Assembly (NCBI RefSeq): GCF_009914755.1 | Contig: NC_060926.1 | Source: the human T2T-CHM13v2.0 reference genome, Homo sapiens | Reading direction: 5' to 3' (one strand) | DNA length: 64,000 nt | Part shown: positions 12,229 through 25,900 of the stretch, one piece after another | Layout of the letters: every line of letters starts with the position of its first letter | Numbering within the stretch: position 1 is the stretch's first letter | Made by a program: the position numbers and the translations under genes | The notes under the pieces: generated by a model | Told to the model about the DNA's origin: nothing | The model's database searches: none | Seen by the model: the letters and a program-made list of their open reading frames with translations, nothing else

Positions 12229-12303
12229 GTTTTAAAAAGTTAATCAGGGCAAGCGTGCCGGGGATTGGGATTGAGATCCAGCACAGGGCCCTGGGGGGAC
12301 TAA

Positions 12304-12657
<354 letters not shown>

Positions 12658-13325
12658 TAGGGGGGCGCAGGAAGTACTGGTCCCTGGCCCAGTAGGATGG
12701 GCTTTTCCAGTGCCAGGTGAGACTTCTCCGTAGATGTCACCCCACCATGTTCCAAGGCTGAGCCTGCCCAGGGCTCCTGGCAGCAGAATCAGGAGAGGCA
12801 GGGGCAGAGGCAAGGTCGCCGCTGCCAACCCTCACTGGACCTGTTCTGTGTTCTCCTGCATGACTGCCTTTCCATGGATAACCAGCTGCCCAGCCCCCAC
12901 ACCACCTGTACCCGCCAGGTGCCTGCCTGCCCCTCCCATCACCTGCAAGGGCTGTTTTCACCTCAAGGCAGCAGGGCCCCAGAGGCCGACCAAGGTGTTG
13001 GGCTCCAGAAATTGGCCCTGGCTCTGAGGGTCAGGCCATGCTTACTGTCCAGCTCCTCAGCCACTGCCTTCCAAGCAGGGCTGCCAGAGAGCACTGGGAA
13101 ACAGAAGCGGCCTTTGGTCATTATTCTGTATAAATTCTGCTTTGAGACCCATGAAAAGGTAACTTTTACATGTAGGACACTTGCCTGTTACCTGCTGTAG
13201 GGGTGGTGGGGCCATTTGGCCAAGGCTGTCACTCTCAAAAGCTCTGCTACTTAGACTTTTGAAATCACTTCCAAATCACAACTACACAAAACCCTGTTTT
13301 AGTACCTTTTTGCTTTCATTTATTA

Positions 13326-13618
<293 letters not shown>

Positions 13619-14081
13619 CTTTTTTGCTTTTAAATATACCAGGGGCCAAAAATAAGCAATGAAACAAAACAAAACAAAACAAAACAAAACGAAAGAAACA
13701 GCATGGTCCTCCCTCACCCTGCACTGGTCAGCGAGGCCACACCCAACCTGGACTGTGGCCATGCACGACACTTCTCAGATCCAGGACCAGCTTTTCCCTG
13801 GGACACCCCAAGCTGCTGGCCCTTCCTCCACCTCTCCCTTGACCCTTCCTCAGGGGAGACCAGTGTCCCATCCCCAGCAAAGTGCTCACTCTGGCCCCAC
13901 AGCAGTGAAGTGAGACTCAGCACAGCAGGGCAGGCATGGGACCTCCGTGACAAGGTTGGGAGGGGTGGGATTCAAAGGAAGTGGGGGGAGAGGCAAGGGG
14001 CGGGGGTGGAGGGGACCTCAGCTCTGCATCTGGGCCCCGTCTCTCTCTCCCCATCCCTCTGACACCCCGTCTGCCCCATAG

Positions 14082-14207
14082 GACGCAGCCTACCACTGCA
14101 CCGCTGCCCTCTTTTACCTCAGCGCCTCAGTCCTGGAGGCCCTGGCCACCATCACGATGCAAGACGGCTTCACCTACAGGCACTACCATGAAAACATTGC
14201 TGCCGTG
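14082..14207 (+). CDS. MAL: MAL exon 3
   Basis: Acceptor ccatag|GAC and donor GTG|gtgagt. 126 nt, phase 0. Translates to DAAYHCTAALFYLSASVLEALATITMQDGFTYRHYHENIAAV. Confidence 0.97.
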
Positions 14208-14489
14208 GTGAGTCCGGGCACCTGGGGCTGTGTCCACAGCGGGCGGCTCCGTGGCTGGCAGGGTGTGTGTGGAGGCTGCCTAGGCCCTTGGTCTGTTTTC
14301 AGTTCACTAACTTTTGAGTGAGGTCAAACCTTGCCTTCATGCCTGGAGCAGGAAAGCCCCCGAGAAGGGCAGTGTCATGTTGTGCCCAAGACTCCGCTTA
14401 GTCGTCCGGCCAGGGCTGCATGCCCCAGGCCTGCGTGGGCTTTGCAGAGGGCAGATGTGTGAGGGGATGCGGCTGCCCAGCGCCCTGTC

Positions 14490-14680
14490 CGAGTGCTCCC
14501 TGAACAATCTTATTTAACATCCATGGCAACCCTACAACCCAGGATTATGACACCCATCTCACAGATGGAGAAGTGGGGCCAGAGAGTGTGACTGGCCCAA
14601 GATCACCAGTCATTGTGGGACCTGGCATCAACGCTGGAGGCCCAGTCCCCACACTCTCAGCACCAGTTTGGGGCTGTGAG
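14490..14680 (-). mobile_element. MIR fragment
   Basis: cccatctcacagatggagaagtggggccagagag...tggcccaagatcac. Confidence 0.55.
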
Positions 14681-15699
14681 TCTGACCTCATGGGTCTCCT
14701 GACTCTCCCCAAGTGGTCGTCCATTGAAGCATCCAGCCAGGGGTGGGGACGCTGAGGCCAGGTGGATTTTCTTCTTAATGGACTGGATCAGAATGACAGG
14801 GTAACAGAATATATTGTTTCATCACATGTTTTTCAGAGCTGTGCATGTGTGCCCTTGCACCAGTCTACGATATAAAACATGCTTCTGACCATGGGTATTG
14901 TTAAAAAGTAAGAAGTTTCAGAAAGAGCACTCTTCAGATCTCTAGAACTTAACCTATGAATTATGCAAATCCCAAGGTAGAATGTGGTGACAGATCCTGA
15001 GATACCAGCTCTAGTAGCCAAAGCTGTGTCATCCCCTCTTTTTGGAAAGTGTAGGGCAGAGGCTGAGAGAAGACCCACAGATAGGCTTTAGAAATGGGGT
15101 TGGTGAAGTGCCTCTTCCCACTCCCAGAAGGAGGGCCCCAGGGGAAAATCCCTCAAAGCCTCACTTGCTGGTCCCCTTGCACAGTCCCCTGCCCTGGGGA
15201 AACCACACACTGCCCTCAAGCTCCCAGCCTACAATCGCTCCCCTAAAAAGGGCCCCCTCAGGATCCTGGCATCCCCCCAGGGGTCCCGCGGTGTGGAAAC
15301 ATCTCCCGTGTTGGCCCATCTCCCAACATGGCTGGTTTCCAAGCAGCAGCACAGCCAGGGGGCATCTTGACTGATCTTCCTTCCTGGGGAGGCTGGTGAG
15401 CCACCCTCCATCTTCTTCACACAATTCCATCTCATCTCCCTCTCCCAAGACTGCCTCATACCTCCCCCATCCCAGCCAAGCCTTCTCTTTTAACAAACAT
15501 CAACAAAGTGTCTGACAATAATTTCCATAAAATTGTTGTGAACAAAGGTTGCGAAATGTAGATGGGATGTGGTTAGTGGGTCAGCACTTGATGGAAAAAC
15601 CCAGCTAGGGGAATGAACACCCCTTCCCGCTGGGCAGGTCTCTAGTTGAGAACCACTAGGCTCTACTGCCTTCTGACTTTCCTCTTTTACCTTTTATCA

Positions 15700-16190
15700 A
15701 AGGCAGCACACAGCCAGAGAGGTGTGCAGTTACAAGCCCACAGCTTGATGGATTTCATACAGCGAACTCCCTGTGTGGATGGTGTCTGGACTAAGAATTA
15801 GGGCCAGTTACCAGCGCACAGTCTGATGAATTCTCATAGAGCAAACTCCCCAGTGTAGTTGGCATCTGGACTAAGAATTAGGGCCTGATAAACAACTCCC
15901 AGAAATCCCCTCAAGTCCTGTCCCCATCACTGTGCACCCCCACCACCACCCAATTCTGATTTCTAGCACCATGTTCAGTTTTGCCTGCCTTTGAACTTCA
16001 TATAAGTGGAATTATACAGTGGGTACTCATGTGTGGCTTCTTTCTCTCACCCTTGTGTTTGTGAGACTCACCCAAGTGGCTGGGTGTAGATGTGGGTTGT
16101 TTGTTCTCATTACTGTATAGTATTCCCTTGTAGGAATAGACCAACATCTATTTATCCATCCCATGACTGACCATGTTCCCATTTTTTTTT
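15700..16190 (-). mobile_element. Old L1M 3' fragment containing an internal ~79-bp tandem duplication
   Basis: ttctgatttctagcacc...ttgaacttcatataagtggaattatacagt...ttgttctcattactgtatagtattcc is typical reverse L1ME sequence. Confidence 0.65.
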
Positions 16191-17881
16191 AGTTGAGTTG
16201 GATAGACACGAATATGTTCACGCAGACAGGAGCGTTAGAATTGAGAACCAGAGTGTTCTCAGCTGGCAGATGTGCCCAGATAAAACCACCAAGGGGAAAT
16301 CTGCACGGCGTTCGATGTAAAGTCACACCTTTCAACTCACGGTATCAACTGCATCCGTCTGTGAGAGAGAAAGAAGTTCGTTACTCAGGATTCAATCCCA
16401 GACCCGCCCAACCACAGCATGCCCAGTCCAGGGGATACTTGGGTACAGGGAGGCACCTCACACCCTCTCTCACACAGCCTGGTTTTGGAAGCAGCCAGCC
16501 TGCCTCACATCCACTGTGTGGCTACTAATTAGGGTCTGTTCCAAGCTGAGCTCCTCCCTCTCTCCTTTGTGGGTGGCGGAGCTGCTTTGCCAAAGGGACC
16601 CCAGGGATGGGTGGAAGTCGCCTGGGGCGAGATGGAAATTTCTGGAGAAATCTGGAGGTTTCTAGATTATACAATGGTGGGCAGTGATGGCTACAGTTTA
16701 GGGAGAGGGCTTTCTGAAGCCAAAATTTGCCCATTCGTGCCCAGCTCTACGTGTTCCCAGTGGGCCATTTCTTGACCCCACTTGGAAAATGAGTCTCCAC
16801 TGCTCTTCCTGCTGGGGACTTCCAAGGTGCTTCTGCCAAAGGCTTTCATTGGTCTGGAATGCCCACCTTTTATGGAGGGCTGCCCACTGGTGTCTGACTG
16901 CTCCTGCCCAGATACGTTCTCTTAAATGTGTTATTCAATAATTCAGCTTACTCACCGCCTCCAGGCAATGAGGGAAAGGGCTTGGCCAGGTGTAGGGGCA
17001 GGAGAGCAGGCACCCTGAGGGCTGGGATTGATGAGCATTTTCAGGAGTCACAGAGGCGTAGCCGCCCTAAATGGACGTCGTGCCTGAGCTGGAAACTCTT
17101 GACCCCTAACCAAGGTCACAAAACCAGGTGCAGAGATTGGACTTGGCAGCAGGCAGGCCTTCAGGGAGTAGGGTGATGGGAGCAGACAGTGCCCAGGAGG
17201 ACACAGCAAGTCCCCAGAAAGCAGGGCCATCGCTCCAAGGGCCACAGTGGCTGACTGGATGGTCCCAACAGTAAGGCCCCTCCTTTAGACAAAAGCTCAA
17301 AATCCCTTCTCCCCTTCTCTGTCCCTCACTTCCTATGAAGTCTGGCTCTCTCAGCCACACCTGTGATATTAAGAATCCTAAAACAAAATAATGATAGGGT
17401 GAGAATGTCCAGGCAGCATGGAGACTTTCACCAGGGCCAGCAAACCCAGGTATTTACAATCTCTCAACCGAGCTACCAGGACCACAGCTGGAGGGCGCTG
17501 GTCTCACTGGTGTTGGGGGAGGAAGTTGTCCCTGGAGAGTTACCTGCCTGAGATGCTTTCATTGGAGGGGTCTTTGAGGACTCCATCTCAAGTCAGCCGA
17601 AACCTCAAGCTGAGACGAATGTGATGCTGGGTGATAGTGGAGAGTCTTACCTTCCACACCAGATCCAGGAGACTGTTAGGTCACATGGAGCTCTGTACTG
17701 AGAGGATTTGGTGCACACCTGGGCTCAGCAGGGAGGGCGTCCATGTGAGGGTGAGAAGCAATGACAGCCCAAGCTCTCTGGGTCTGGCCCCCCCTACGCC
17801 ACGTGGGGCTGGATGCAGTGCAGACGCTGTGCCTCGCCCTCCCTACACAAACCCATTAACGGCCATTTCTCTTGGTTCCAG

Positions 17882-17956
17882 GTGTTCTCCTACATAGCCA
17901 CTCTGCTCTACGTGGTCCATGCGGTGTTCTCTTTAATCAGATGGAAGTCTTCATAA
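17882..17956 (+). CDS. MAL: MAL exon 4, coding part
   Basis: Acceptor ttccag|GTG. Translates to VFSYIATLLYVVHAVFSLIRWKSS*, with TAA at 17954-17956. This is the characteristic LIRWKSS C-terminus. Confidence 0.97.
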   Translation: MFSYIATLLYVVHAVFSLIRWKSS

Positions 17957-18492
17957 AGCCGCAGTAGAACTTGAGCTGAAAACCCAGATGGTGTTAACTG
18001 GCCGCCCCACTTTCCGGCATAACTTTTTAGAAAACAGAAATGCCCTTGATGGTGGAAAAAAGAAAACAACCACCCCCCCACTGCCCAAAAAAAAAAGCCC
18101 TGCCCTGTTGCTCGTGGGTGCTGTGTTTACTCTCCCGTGTGCCTTCGCGTCCGGGTTGGGAGCTTGCTGTGTCTAACCTCCAACTGCTGTGCTGTCTGCT
18201 AGGGTCACCTCCTGTTTGTGAAAGGGGACCTTCTTGTTCGGGGGTGGGAAGTGGCGACCGTGACCTGAGAAGGAAAGAAAGATCCTCTGCTGACCCCTGG
18301 AGCAGCTCTCGAGAACTACCTGTTGGTATTGTCCACAAGCTCTCCCGAGCGCCCCATCTTGTGCCATGTTTTAAGTCTTCATGGATGTTCTGCATGTCAT
18401 GGGGACTAAAACTCACCCAACAGATCTTTCCAGAGGTCCATGGTGGAAGACGATAACCCTGTGAAATACTTTATAAAATGTCTTAATGTTCA
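17957..18492 (+). other. MAL: MAL 3'UTR (end approximate)
   Basis: Unique sequence after the stop codon, up to a poly(A)-site architecture. Confidence 0.75.
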
Positions 18493-18526
18493 ATACATTT
18501 GTTGGGTGTTTTTTGGGTTTGGGTTG
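18472..18526 (+). terminator. MAL poly(A) signal: variant TATAAA with a downstream GU-rich element
   Basis: TATAAA at 18472-18477, CA at 18491-18492, then ttgttgggtgttttttgggtttgggttg. I found no AATAAA in the UTR. Confidence 0.65.
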
Positions 18527-19253
18527 AATTCCTCAGCATCAAGAATACCATCAATTCAGCTTTCTTTCTGAGGAATCCTTTGACTTAACCTGAATCTCAA
18601 GAGACAGCATCAGGTGGCAGTTCAGACGACGGACACTGTGTGTGCCAGGCCACTGCACTCTCAGAGCCCGGTGCTGGGGAGCCCACCCTCCCAGCTACCT
18701 GCCCAGATGGCTTCCCCTCTCTCTGGAAACTGGCCAAGTGCCAGCCAGGGGCAGCTTCTCCTTCCTACAAGACACAACAGTCTGTGCCCCACTAGAACCT
18801 CCTTCCACCAAAAGAAAACACGGTGCACAAGTTTTCATTCACTCATTGTGAAGCTCATCAGCGTGTTCCTGGGCAGTCTGCTTTGTTCCCATTGTGTGGA
18901 TAATACATTATTTTAGAATTTCCTCGGGCCACTCCATAGGAGAGAAAGGAGAGGAAATTACAGAGTGAAAGGAAGTACGGTGACAAGGGGTGAATGCCAT
19001 GTTTCAAGTCTGAGATGTCTGGGTTGAAAGGAGATGGGATGATTAGGAAGGAGGCACTGAGTTAGGAATCTGGAAAGCCCAGCTCTGTTATGAAACGCTC
19101 CCTTATCCCATGGCTCCGAGAAGTTAGTGCCATTCCAGAGATGGGACGCTGGAAGAGGTGCTTGAAGACCCGTGAGCTTCCTGCCATGGAGGTGTGTGGT
19201 AGAGCATCTGCAACCTCTTGCTGGCAGCCATGGGGACAAAGATTCAAGCTTCA

Positions 19254-19432
19254 GGCTGTAACGGTGTCATGTACCTGTGGTCCCAGCTACTCAGGAGGTT
19301 GAGGTGGGAGCATCACTTGAGCCCAGGAGTTTGAGGTTGCAGTGAGCTGTGATGGTGTTACTGCACTCCAGCCTGGGCAGCAGAGCAAGACCCTGTCTCT
19401 AAAATAAAATGATAAAATAAAATAAAAATAAA
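19254..19432 (+). mobile_element. Alu right-arm monomer (FRAM/AluJ half)
   Basis: cctgtggtcccagctactcaggagg...gagcaagaccctgtctc followed by an A-rich tail. No left arm. Confidence 0.85.
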
Positions 19433-20589
19433 ATTCAAGCCTCAAGTGGTGAGTTTAGTTGACATTTTACTGCTCTTCAACTTGGAGAGTCTACAACTAA
19501 ATTGGTCTATTCAGGAGGTCCTTTGTTAATCCAGGATAACTGGTACCAGAAACCAGCCACTCTTAGTAAGTACACGTCAAACAGCCAACATTTCATAGTA
19601 TATCATGAGCAAAAGGTTTGACTGGGGCTTTACCTAATGAGAAGTAATAGGAAGTTTGTTACATGTTTAACAAAATTTCCATCCAGTGTTGATTGAGAGA
19701 AGTCTCATTTTTCAACAAAACTGTCCACAGGAAGCCATCAACATGTTAATGAAGCTCACTTTTTACCCTCATCAAAAAGAAGAAGAAGAAGGAGGGGGAG
19801 AAGGAGGAGGAGAAATGGAAGGCTTAGTTTCCCAAGGGCTTCTCAATGTTTTGACATTTTAATCATTCTCTTTTTAAAAAAATCTTTCATATACTCTTTC
19901 TCTATTTTTAATTTAGCCAAAGGCTTTGCAGATGGTTCTCTGACGCCACTTTCTTATTCCTTCTAGCCCTGGGCATATTTTAAATTTGCAGTTTCATTTC
20001 ACATTTGACTTGCATCCTATTCACATTGGATGTAAATTGGATGGGCAAGGTTTCATTTCCAGCCTCAAAAAATGCCCCCTTCCGGTCTTGCTCTTCCTCC
20101 TCACCCCCCACCCTCACACCCCAGCCCCTGTCGGGTTTCTTTGCTCCTGCATCTCTGTTCCCAGCTCTGTCCCTATCTGGCTGTTTTGTGCTTGCAGGTA
20201 CACATGAGTGCTGGCGGCAGCCCTGCCAGCCATGGGTGCTGCTCCCCTGGGAGCCCACGATGCCTGGGTAGGAAGGGTTGGGAATGGGGACATTAGAGAA
20301 GCCTGCTGGGTGAAGCAGGCTGCAGAGAGGGGCACCGGCTGAGCACCTTCTGTGTGCTGGGACCATTGAGGGGATGGTTTCTAGCCCCCAAAGCTGCTTC
20401 TTGCTGGCACCCCTCACCTCTCTGCCTCTGTCTTACACAGGAGGGGACCTCCTCTAAGGCAGAGCCTGGTGCCACCCAAGGCACTCACAGACTGCCTGCT
20501 TGTGGCCCTCACTTAGATCAAACGCAACTGCCCAGAAGACCCAAATTCACTCTTGTGTAACCATCTTCCCTGCCATTTTGGGGGCTCTT

Positions 20590-20740
20590 GCCTTGTGCCA
20601 GGCACTGTGTAAGCACTTTCCATATATAGCTTTCTGTCACTCTCCCAGTGGCCACGTCATCCTACAGGTGAGAAAACTGAGGCTGGTGCAGGTGGTGAGA
20701 AGTGCAGTTGGACTGAGGGCCGCCTCCCTCTGGCCCTGAA
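20590..20740 (-). mobile_element. MIR fragment
   Basis: tgtgccaggcactgtgtaagcacttt...acaggtgagaaaactgaggct. Confidence 0.7.
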
Positions 20741-22611
20741 GCCCTGGGCTTGATATGACCTCAAGGCACCCAGACCTGTCCTCACGCGGGCCGTCCTCCC
20801 GTCTCCCAGGAAGTGGCAGTGAGATTTAGTGGTTGACAGGATGCTGGTAGGCAGGAGCCTTCAGAGAGTGATGAAGCCAGGCACTTAGGATAGCCCCAGT
20901 CCACCAGCAGGGCCTATAGCAGCCCACGGCCACGGCCAGGCCCTGCACTCAGCGTCTCCTGGAGAAGAGCTGGCTGCTCAGAGCTGCAGCCACAGCCACG
21001 CCAGCTCAGGTAGCTGCTGGGTCCACTTTGCAGCCCCCATAGAGCCAAAGCCAAAGTCCAGCTGATACTTTGCAAAGGTGAGGAACTGGGTATTTTTAAG
21101 CTCACAGAATAAGGAGCTAAATCTATCCACAAGCCTGAGAAAGGATTAGGAAGAGGCCATTGTGTATGCTGTGACTCAGAGCCAAAGCTTGCAGAATAGG
21201 CCAGACCATAGTCAGTCACCCCACTTTTGTCCCCACCAAGTTGTGGGCCCAGCAGAGAAGAGAACAGAGGGGTTTGGACCAACTGGGCCTCGTGGGTCAC
21301 TGCTAAGGGCTTCCCCCTCCCCTGATTGTCCCTGTGGCTTGTGTGCTGTCCATGGACCCAGGAACGTGCAGTGCCCGGTCAGGCGCCAGGAGGGACACGG
21401 GGCCAGTGCTCAATAAACACGGCCGCATAAGTGAGCAGGCCCAGCGCCCCAGGGCCGCTCCAGCTGACCTGTGCTCATGCATGTCTGTCCTCTGGCCTCT
21501 CAGGAAATGACAGTGAGATGAGACCTTGTGGTGGACAGATGCCAGGTGAAAGGGAGTTTCTGATGGGGGTGCAGCCAGGGTTTGGTACAGTGTCTGGGAG
21601 CGCTCTGGTGTAGATTTCACTGGACAGTGATTTGGTCACTGCATTCCTTCTTGCTTTCCATGGCCCTCGAGCAGCTCCATGGGGCTTATGATTCATTATG
21701 GACACGTGTGTGGGGAGGGGGCACATCACCAGAGAGCAATCAGCAAAAGGTAACTATAAGCCAAATCCAGCCAGGACATTTTGGAGGCTATGGCCTGTGA
21801 CTTCCCAGGCTGTGGCCCCCTTGCTTCAGGGGGCGATCCTGGGAGTATCCTCCTGGTGGCCTTCCTTGTGCAGGGCAGGGTGGCCTGGGAGGTGTCCCAG
21901 GGAGCTAAGCTCCTGCCCCCCATTCTGCACATGATAGAGCCCCATCGATCTTCCCTTCTGGAGAAGACACAGCTTATATGAGCCGGGCTTCTTCAACATT
22001 TGAGAGCCGAATTCTAAAAAGCATCTCGTACCCCCACTCCCGCAGGTTGTAGGACTATTTTTGCAAAGCAGCCCAAATGGAGGATTGAAGGCTGCCTTAC
22101 GCTGACCTTAAAGAGACAGCAAAGGGTTTGCGCTGCCAGCCGTGGGCTGGAGCGAGCCTGCCTTCGGGGCCCACACAAGGGCCTGTTGTTCTGGGTATCA
22201 ACTGGGGCCGGTGTGGGGTTACAAAGAGGCCTTTCAAAGAGACAAAGCGCCTCTGGACAGGCTGAGTGTCCCTGCACACGTGGGCATCCGCCCAGGGCAT
22301 TTAAAATAACGCGATTTGAAAAAACAGATTTGAAGTGATTTTTCCTACTCCGCGTTATTCAGTGGCCTTTGTTCTGTCTGCATCATACCCGGCGACAGCA
22401 GCTTCTAAGAGCTGGGGCGCTGGAGCAGACACGGGGGTTCCTAGCTGTGGCTGCTCTCTTCCTTCACAGGTAACGAGATCATCACACTGCCAGGCTCTCT
22501 AGAGGGTACCAGAGAGGTTGGATTCACACGGGGTGCTCGGCTGCCAGGACTTCCTTCAGCTGGAGGCAGGCACCCATGACATACGGCGTGAGATGACTTC
22601 CCAGCGCCGCT

Positions 22612-22800
22612 GGGTGCCAGGTGCTGCTTGAAGTGCTTTACTTCTTCACTTAATCCTGTGACGACCTTATGTGGTAGATACAATTTAGATGAGGACTCTG
22701 AGGCACAGAGAGGTTAAGTGACTTACCCAAGGTCACACAGCAAGTAGGCATGGATCCTGATTCCAGCAGAGTGGCTCCCGGGCCCCTGAGGCTAACCGTC
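22612..22800 (-). mobile_element. MIR
   Basis: gatgaggactctgaggcacagagaggttaagtgacttacccaaggtcacacagc is the MIR core. Confidence 0.85.
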
Positions 22801-25605
22801 ATGCTTCATGTCTCACTGTGACAGGGTCCTTGTCTCTCTGGGAGCAGGGGGCACATGCTAAGATGTCCTTCATACTCACAATGCTGACTTTACCAATACT
22901 GAAAACTCCAAATGGCACTTGAGGAGTGTCAGGAAAACCTAGCCAGGAGCCCAACCTGCTGCGGAGGGATGTCTGAGATGAGGGAGACTTTGCCATACAA
23001 AGAAGTCGGAAAGGGCTTCCCTGGGCAGAGCAAGGGTGATCTGGGCCAGGTGTGTGTCGAAGGCTGGGGGGTGAGGGGGTGTCTTAGGAGGTTACGAGGG
23101 CCTGGGCTGGTCCTGGAGGCAGAGCTGAGCTTGGCTTTCACCCAAGGGGCAAGCCCTGTGGGGGTATCTCTTGGGCAGTGGCAGCCATCCAGCCGAGAGA
23201 TGCTGTGGGTGTGAGCGGGCAGGCTGGACCAGGGAGATAGGAGAGATGTGGCCAGATCTTGGTGAGCTGAGAGCAGCCAAAGGGAGTGGCCGAGGGCATG
23301 GATCCCTGAGCCAGCCCAAGTGTGTGGTCCCTCTCAGCCTCAGCTTCCTGTCTGCAGAATGGGAATATTAATTCTGCCTCACAGGCAGCTGGGAGGATTT
23401 GAGGACTCGGTTCAGATAAGTCCCTGGGACCAAGGACATCTCAGGAAGTACCGGCCGCTGTTATCATTGTGGGAATGAAGAAAAAGAAGGTCTAGAATGA
23501 TCCTGAACTTTCCAGCCTGGGCAGACGATGGCTATTCACATTATGCTTATTCATTAACCATGTTGTTGGCATTCTGTCATGAACTTGGGCTGGTACTTTT
23601 GCTTTTTCCCATAGAACTGAACGTTTAATCAGCCATGACATAGTTTAAAACAGTCCCACTTAGGAAACCAAGCTCCAGTGCTTTGGGGAGAGGCCATTCC
23701 TGCCACAGCCCCTGACACTGAGGGAGGAGCTCCCAGAGGGCCTGAGAGGGTCACAGTCACTGGGCGGGCCTCTTCTCTCCCTCGCCCAGGGCATGAGCAG
23801 CCAAGCCAGAGAAGCCTCAGCCACCGGCACAGCAGCACCGGGAGAAGCCCAGGAATTTACAGATGAAGAGCCCAGGTCCCAGGAGGGTGGGAGTCTGGCC
23901 CAGGGCACCAGACAAGTCAGCGCCAGGGTGGCCTCGGCCCCGCCTCCCAGGCTCCCTCCCCTGTGAGCCCCTGCTGCCCACCTCTCCTATGGTACCTCAC
24001 TGCTTCCCACACTGAGGCAGAGGGAGAGACGGGGGCTGGTGAGAGCAAGGAGTAACCCACGATAAAGACAGGGCAAGGGGGCAAAAAGGGGCTGGGGAGG
24101 CTCACTGAAGGCAACTTCCAGGTCTATTGCCCACTGGGAGTCTGGCCCCGTGGCCTCCACTTTCTAGGGTGAGAGCTGGTGACACCTGTGGATCATGCAG
24201 GACAGACCTCCACCGGTGGCTGGAATGAGGGGCACGGCTGCCCCTCACATCATGCACCCATCACCCAGCACAGTCCAGGTGTGTTGTACCATGGGTGTTA
24301 GGTGGCACGATGGTGGTGATGAGGATGTAATCCACTGGCTTAAACCCTGCCCAGCTCACATACTCCCTCCTCCAGGGCGCTACACCTGTCCCACTCCTGC
24401 TTCTGGGCATCCTGGCTCCCCACACCCCACCTGCTGTCCTTAAGCCTGCAAGCCCCCACCCTCCAGACCCCACTCCCGATACTCCACTGCCTCCCAGACA
24501 CCATGGCTGGGTCTCAGCTGATGCTCACCCATAGCCACCCTCAACAGGCTAGGAGGACTGAGAGGCCCCACGCAGCCCCCCAGGACAGCTGTTGGCCGAG
24601 GGAAGAGGAAGAGAATTGACCCTGAGGGCCCCACCCATGGTTCATCCCTGCCACCAAGCCAGGAGACGGTGGCCCGCAGGGGAAGTGCAGGTGGAAGGAC
24701 AGCATATTTTCATGGACTACTCACTTCTACAATCGGGGCTGGGGCCTCCAATCTAGGCCCGTGCCCCATCTTGGACAAACAATGACAGGAATGTGCACCG
24801 AGATGGTGTGCCCAGCCAAGCCAGCCTGGGTGGCCAGATGCTGGGATAGGGCCTGCCCTGCCCTTCACCCTACTTTCTGAGGTGGGCAGTTTTCTGGCTC
24901 TGGTGCTGACAGGCGAAGGCTAAAGATACCCAGTTCTCTGGTGGCTGTCCCCACAGAGTACACTCTCGGACACTGGCACTGTCCCTGCTGGAATGGAAGG
25001 GGCAGGGTTTCTGGCCTCACTTGGCAGGAAGGTGGGTAGAAAGAGGTTAAGGAGGGACAGAGAAAGCTGGCCACATGGTCAGTCTCGTGCCCCATCCCAC
25101 TCGCTCCATCTGCTGAATGTCGTTACCTCCTGTATCAAACATGAGGCCCCACAGCGGCCGGTGTGCATTCTCCATATAAGTGGAACTAAGAGCTCCGCAC
25201 GTGTTCTCCACTGTCACCTCAAGACAATCCTCCTAGGGAGATGCTACGATCATTTCCACCATGCAGATGAGGAAGCAGGTTCTCTGAGGCTGAATCGTGC
25301 CTGGCTAATGCCACACACAGATGAAGCCAGGCAGAGGCATCACGTAGACTTCTGCATCCTCAGTGTTCCCTGTCTCCCTGTGAGTCTGTCTTCCCTTGAG
25401 CACTCTTCCCACCCTAGCCCTGTACGCAGACTGCGCTGGATGCACGCTCTCCGCTGTCCCGGCTTCCCTCTGAGGCTTAAAAGGGCTATTGTTCCCAACG
25501 ATGCCTGCACTTTGGCCAGGGAACCTCTGGTGCATGGGGCACCAGAATGGGGAGTATTTGGGGATTTGGAAAGAAAAAACTAATGTTTTACAGTAAAACT
25601 TACTG

Positions 25606-25900
<295 letters not shown>

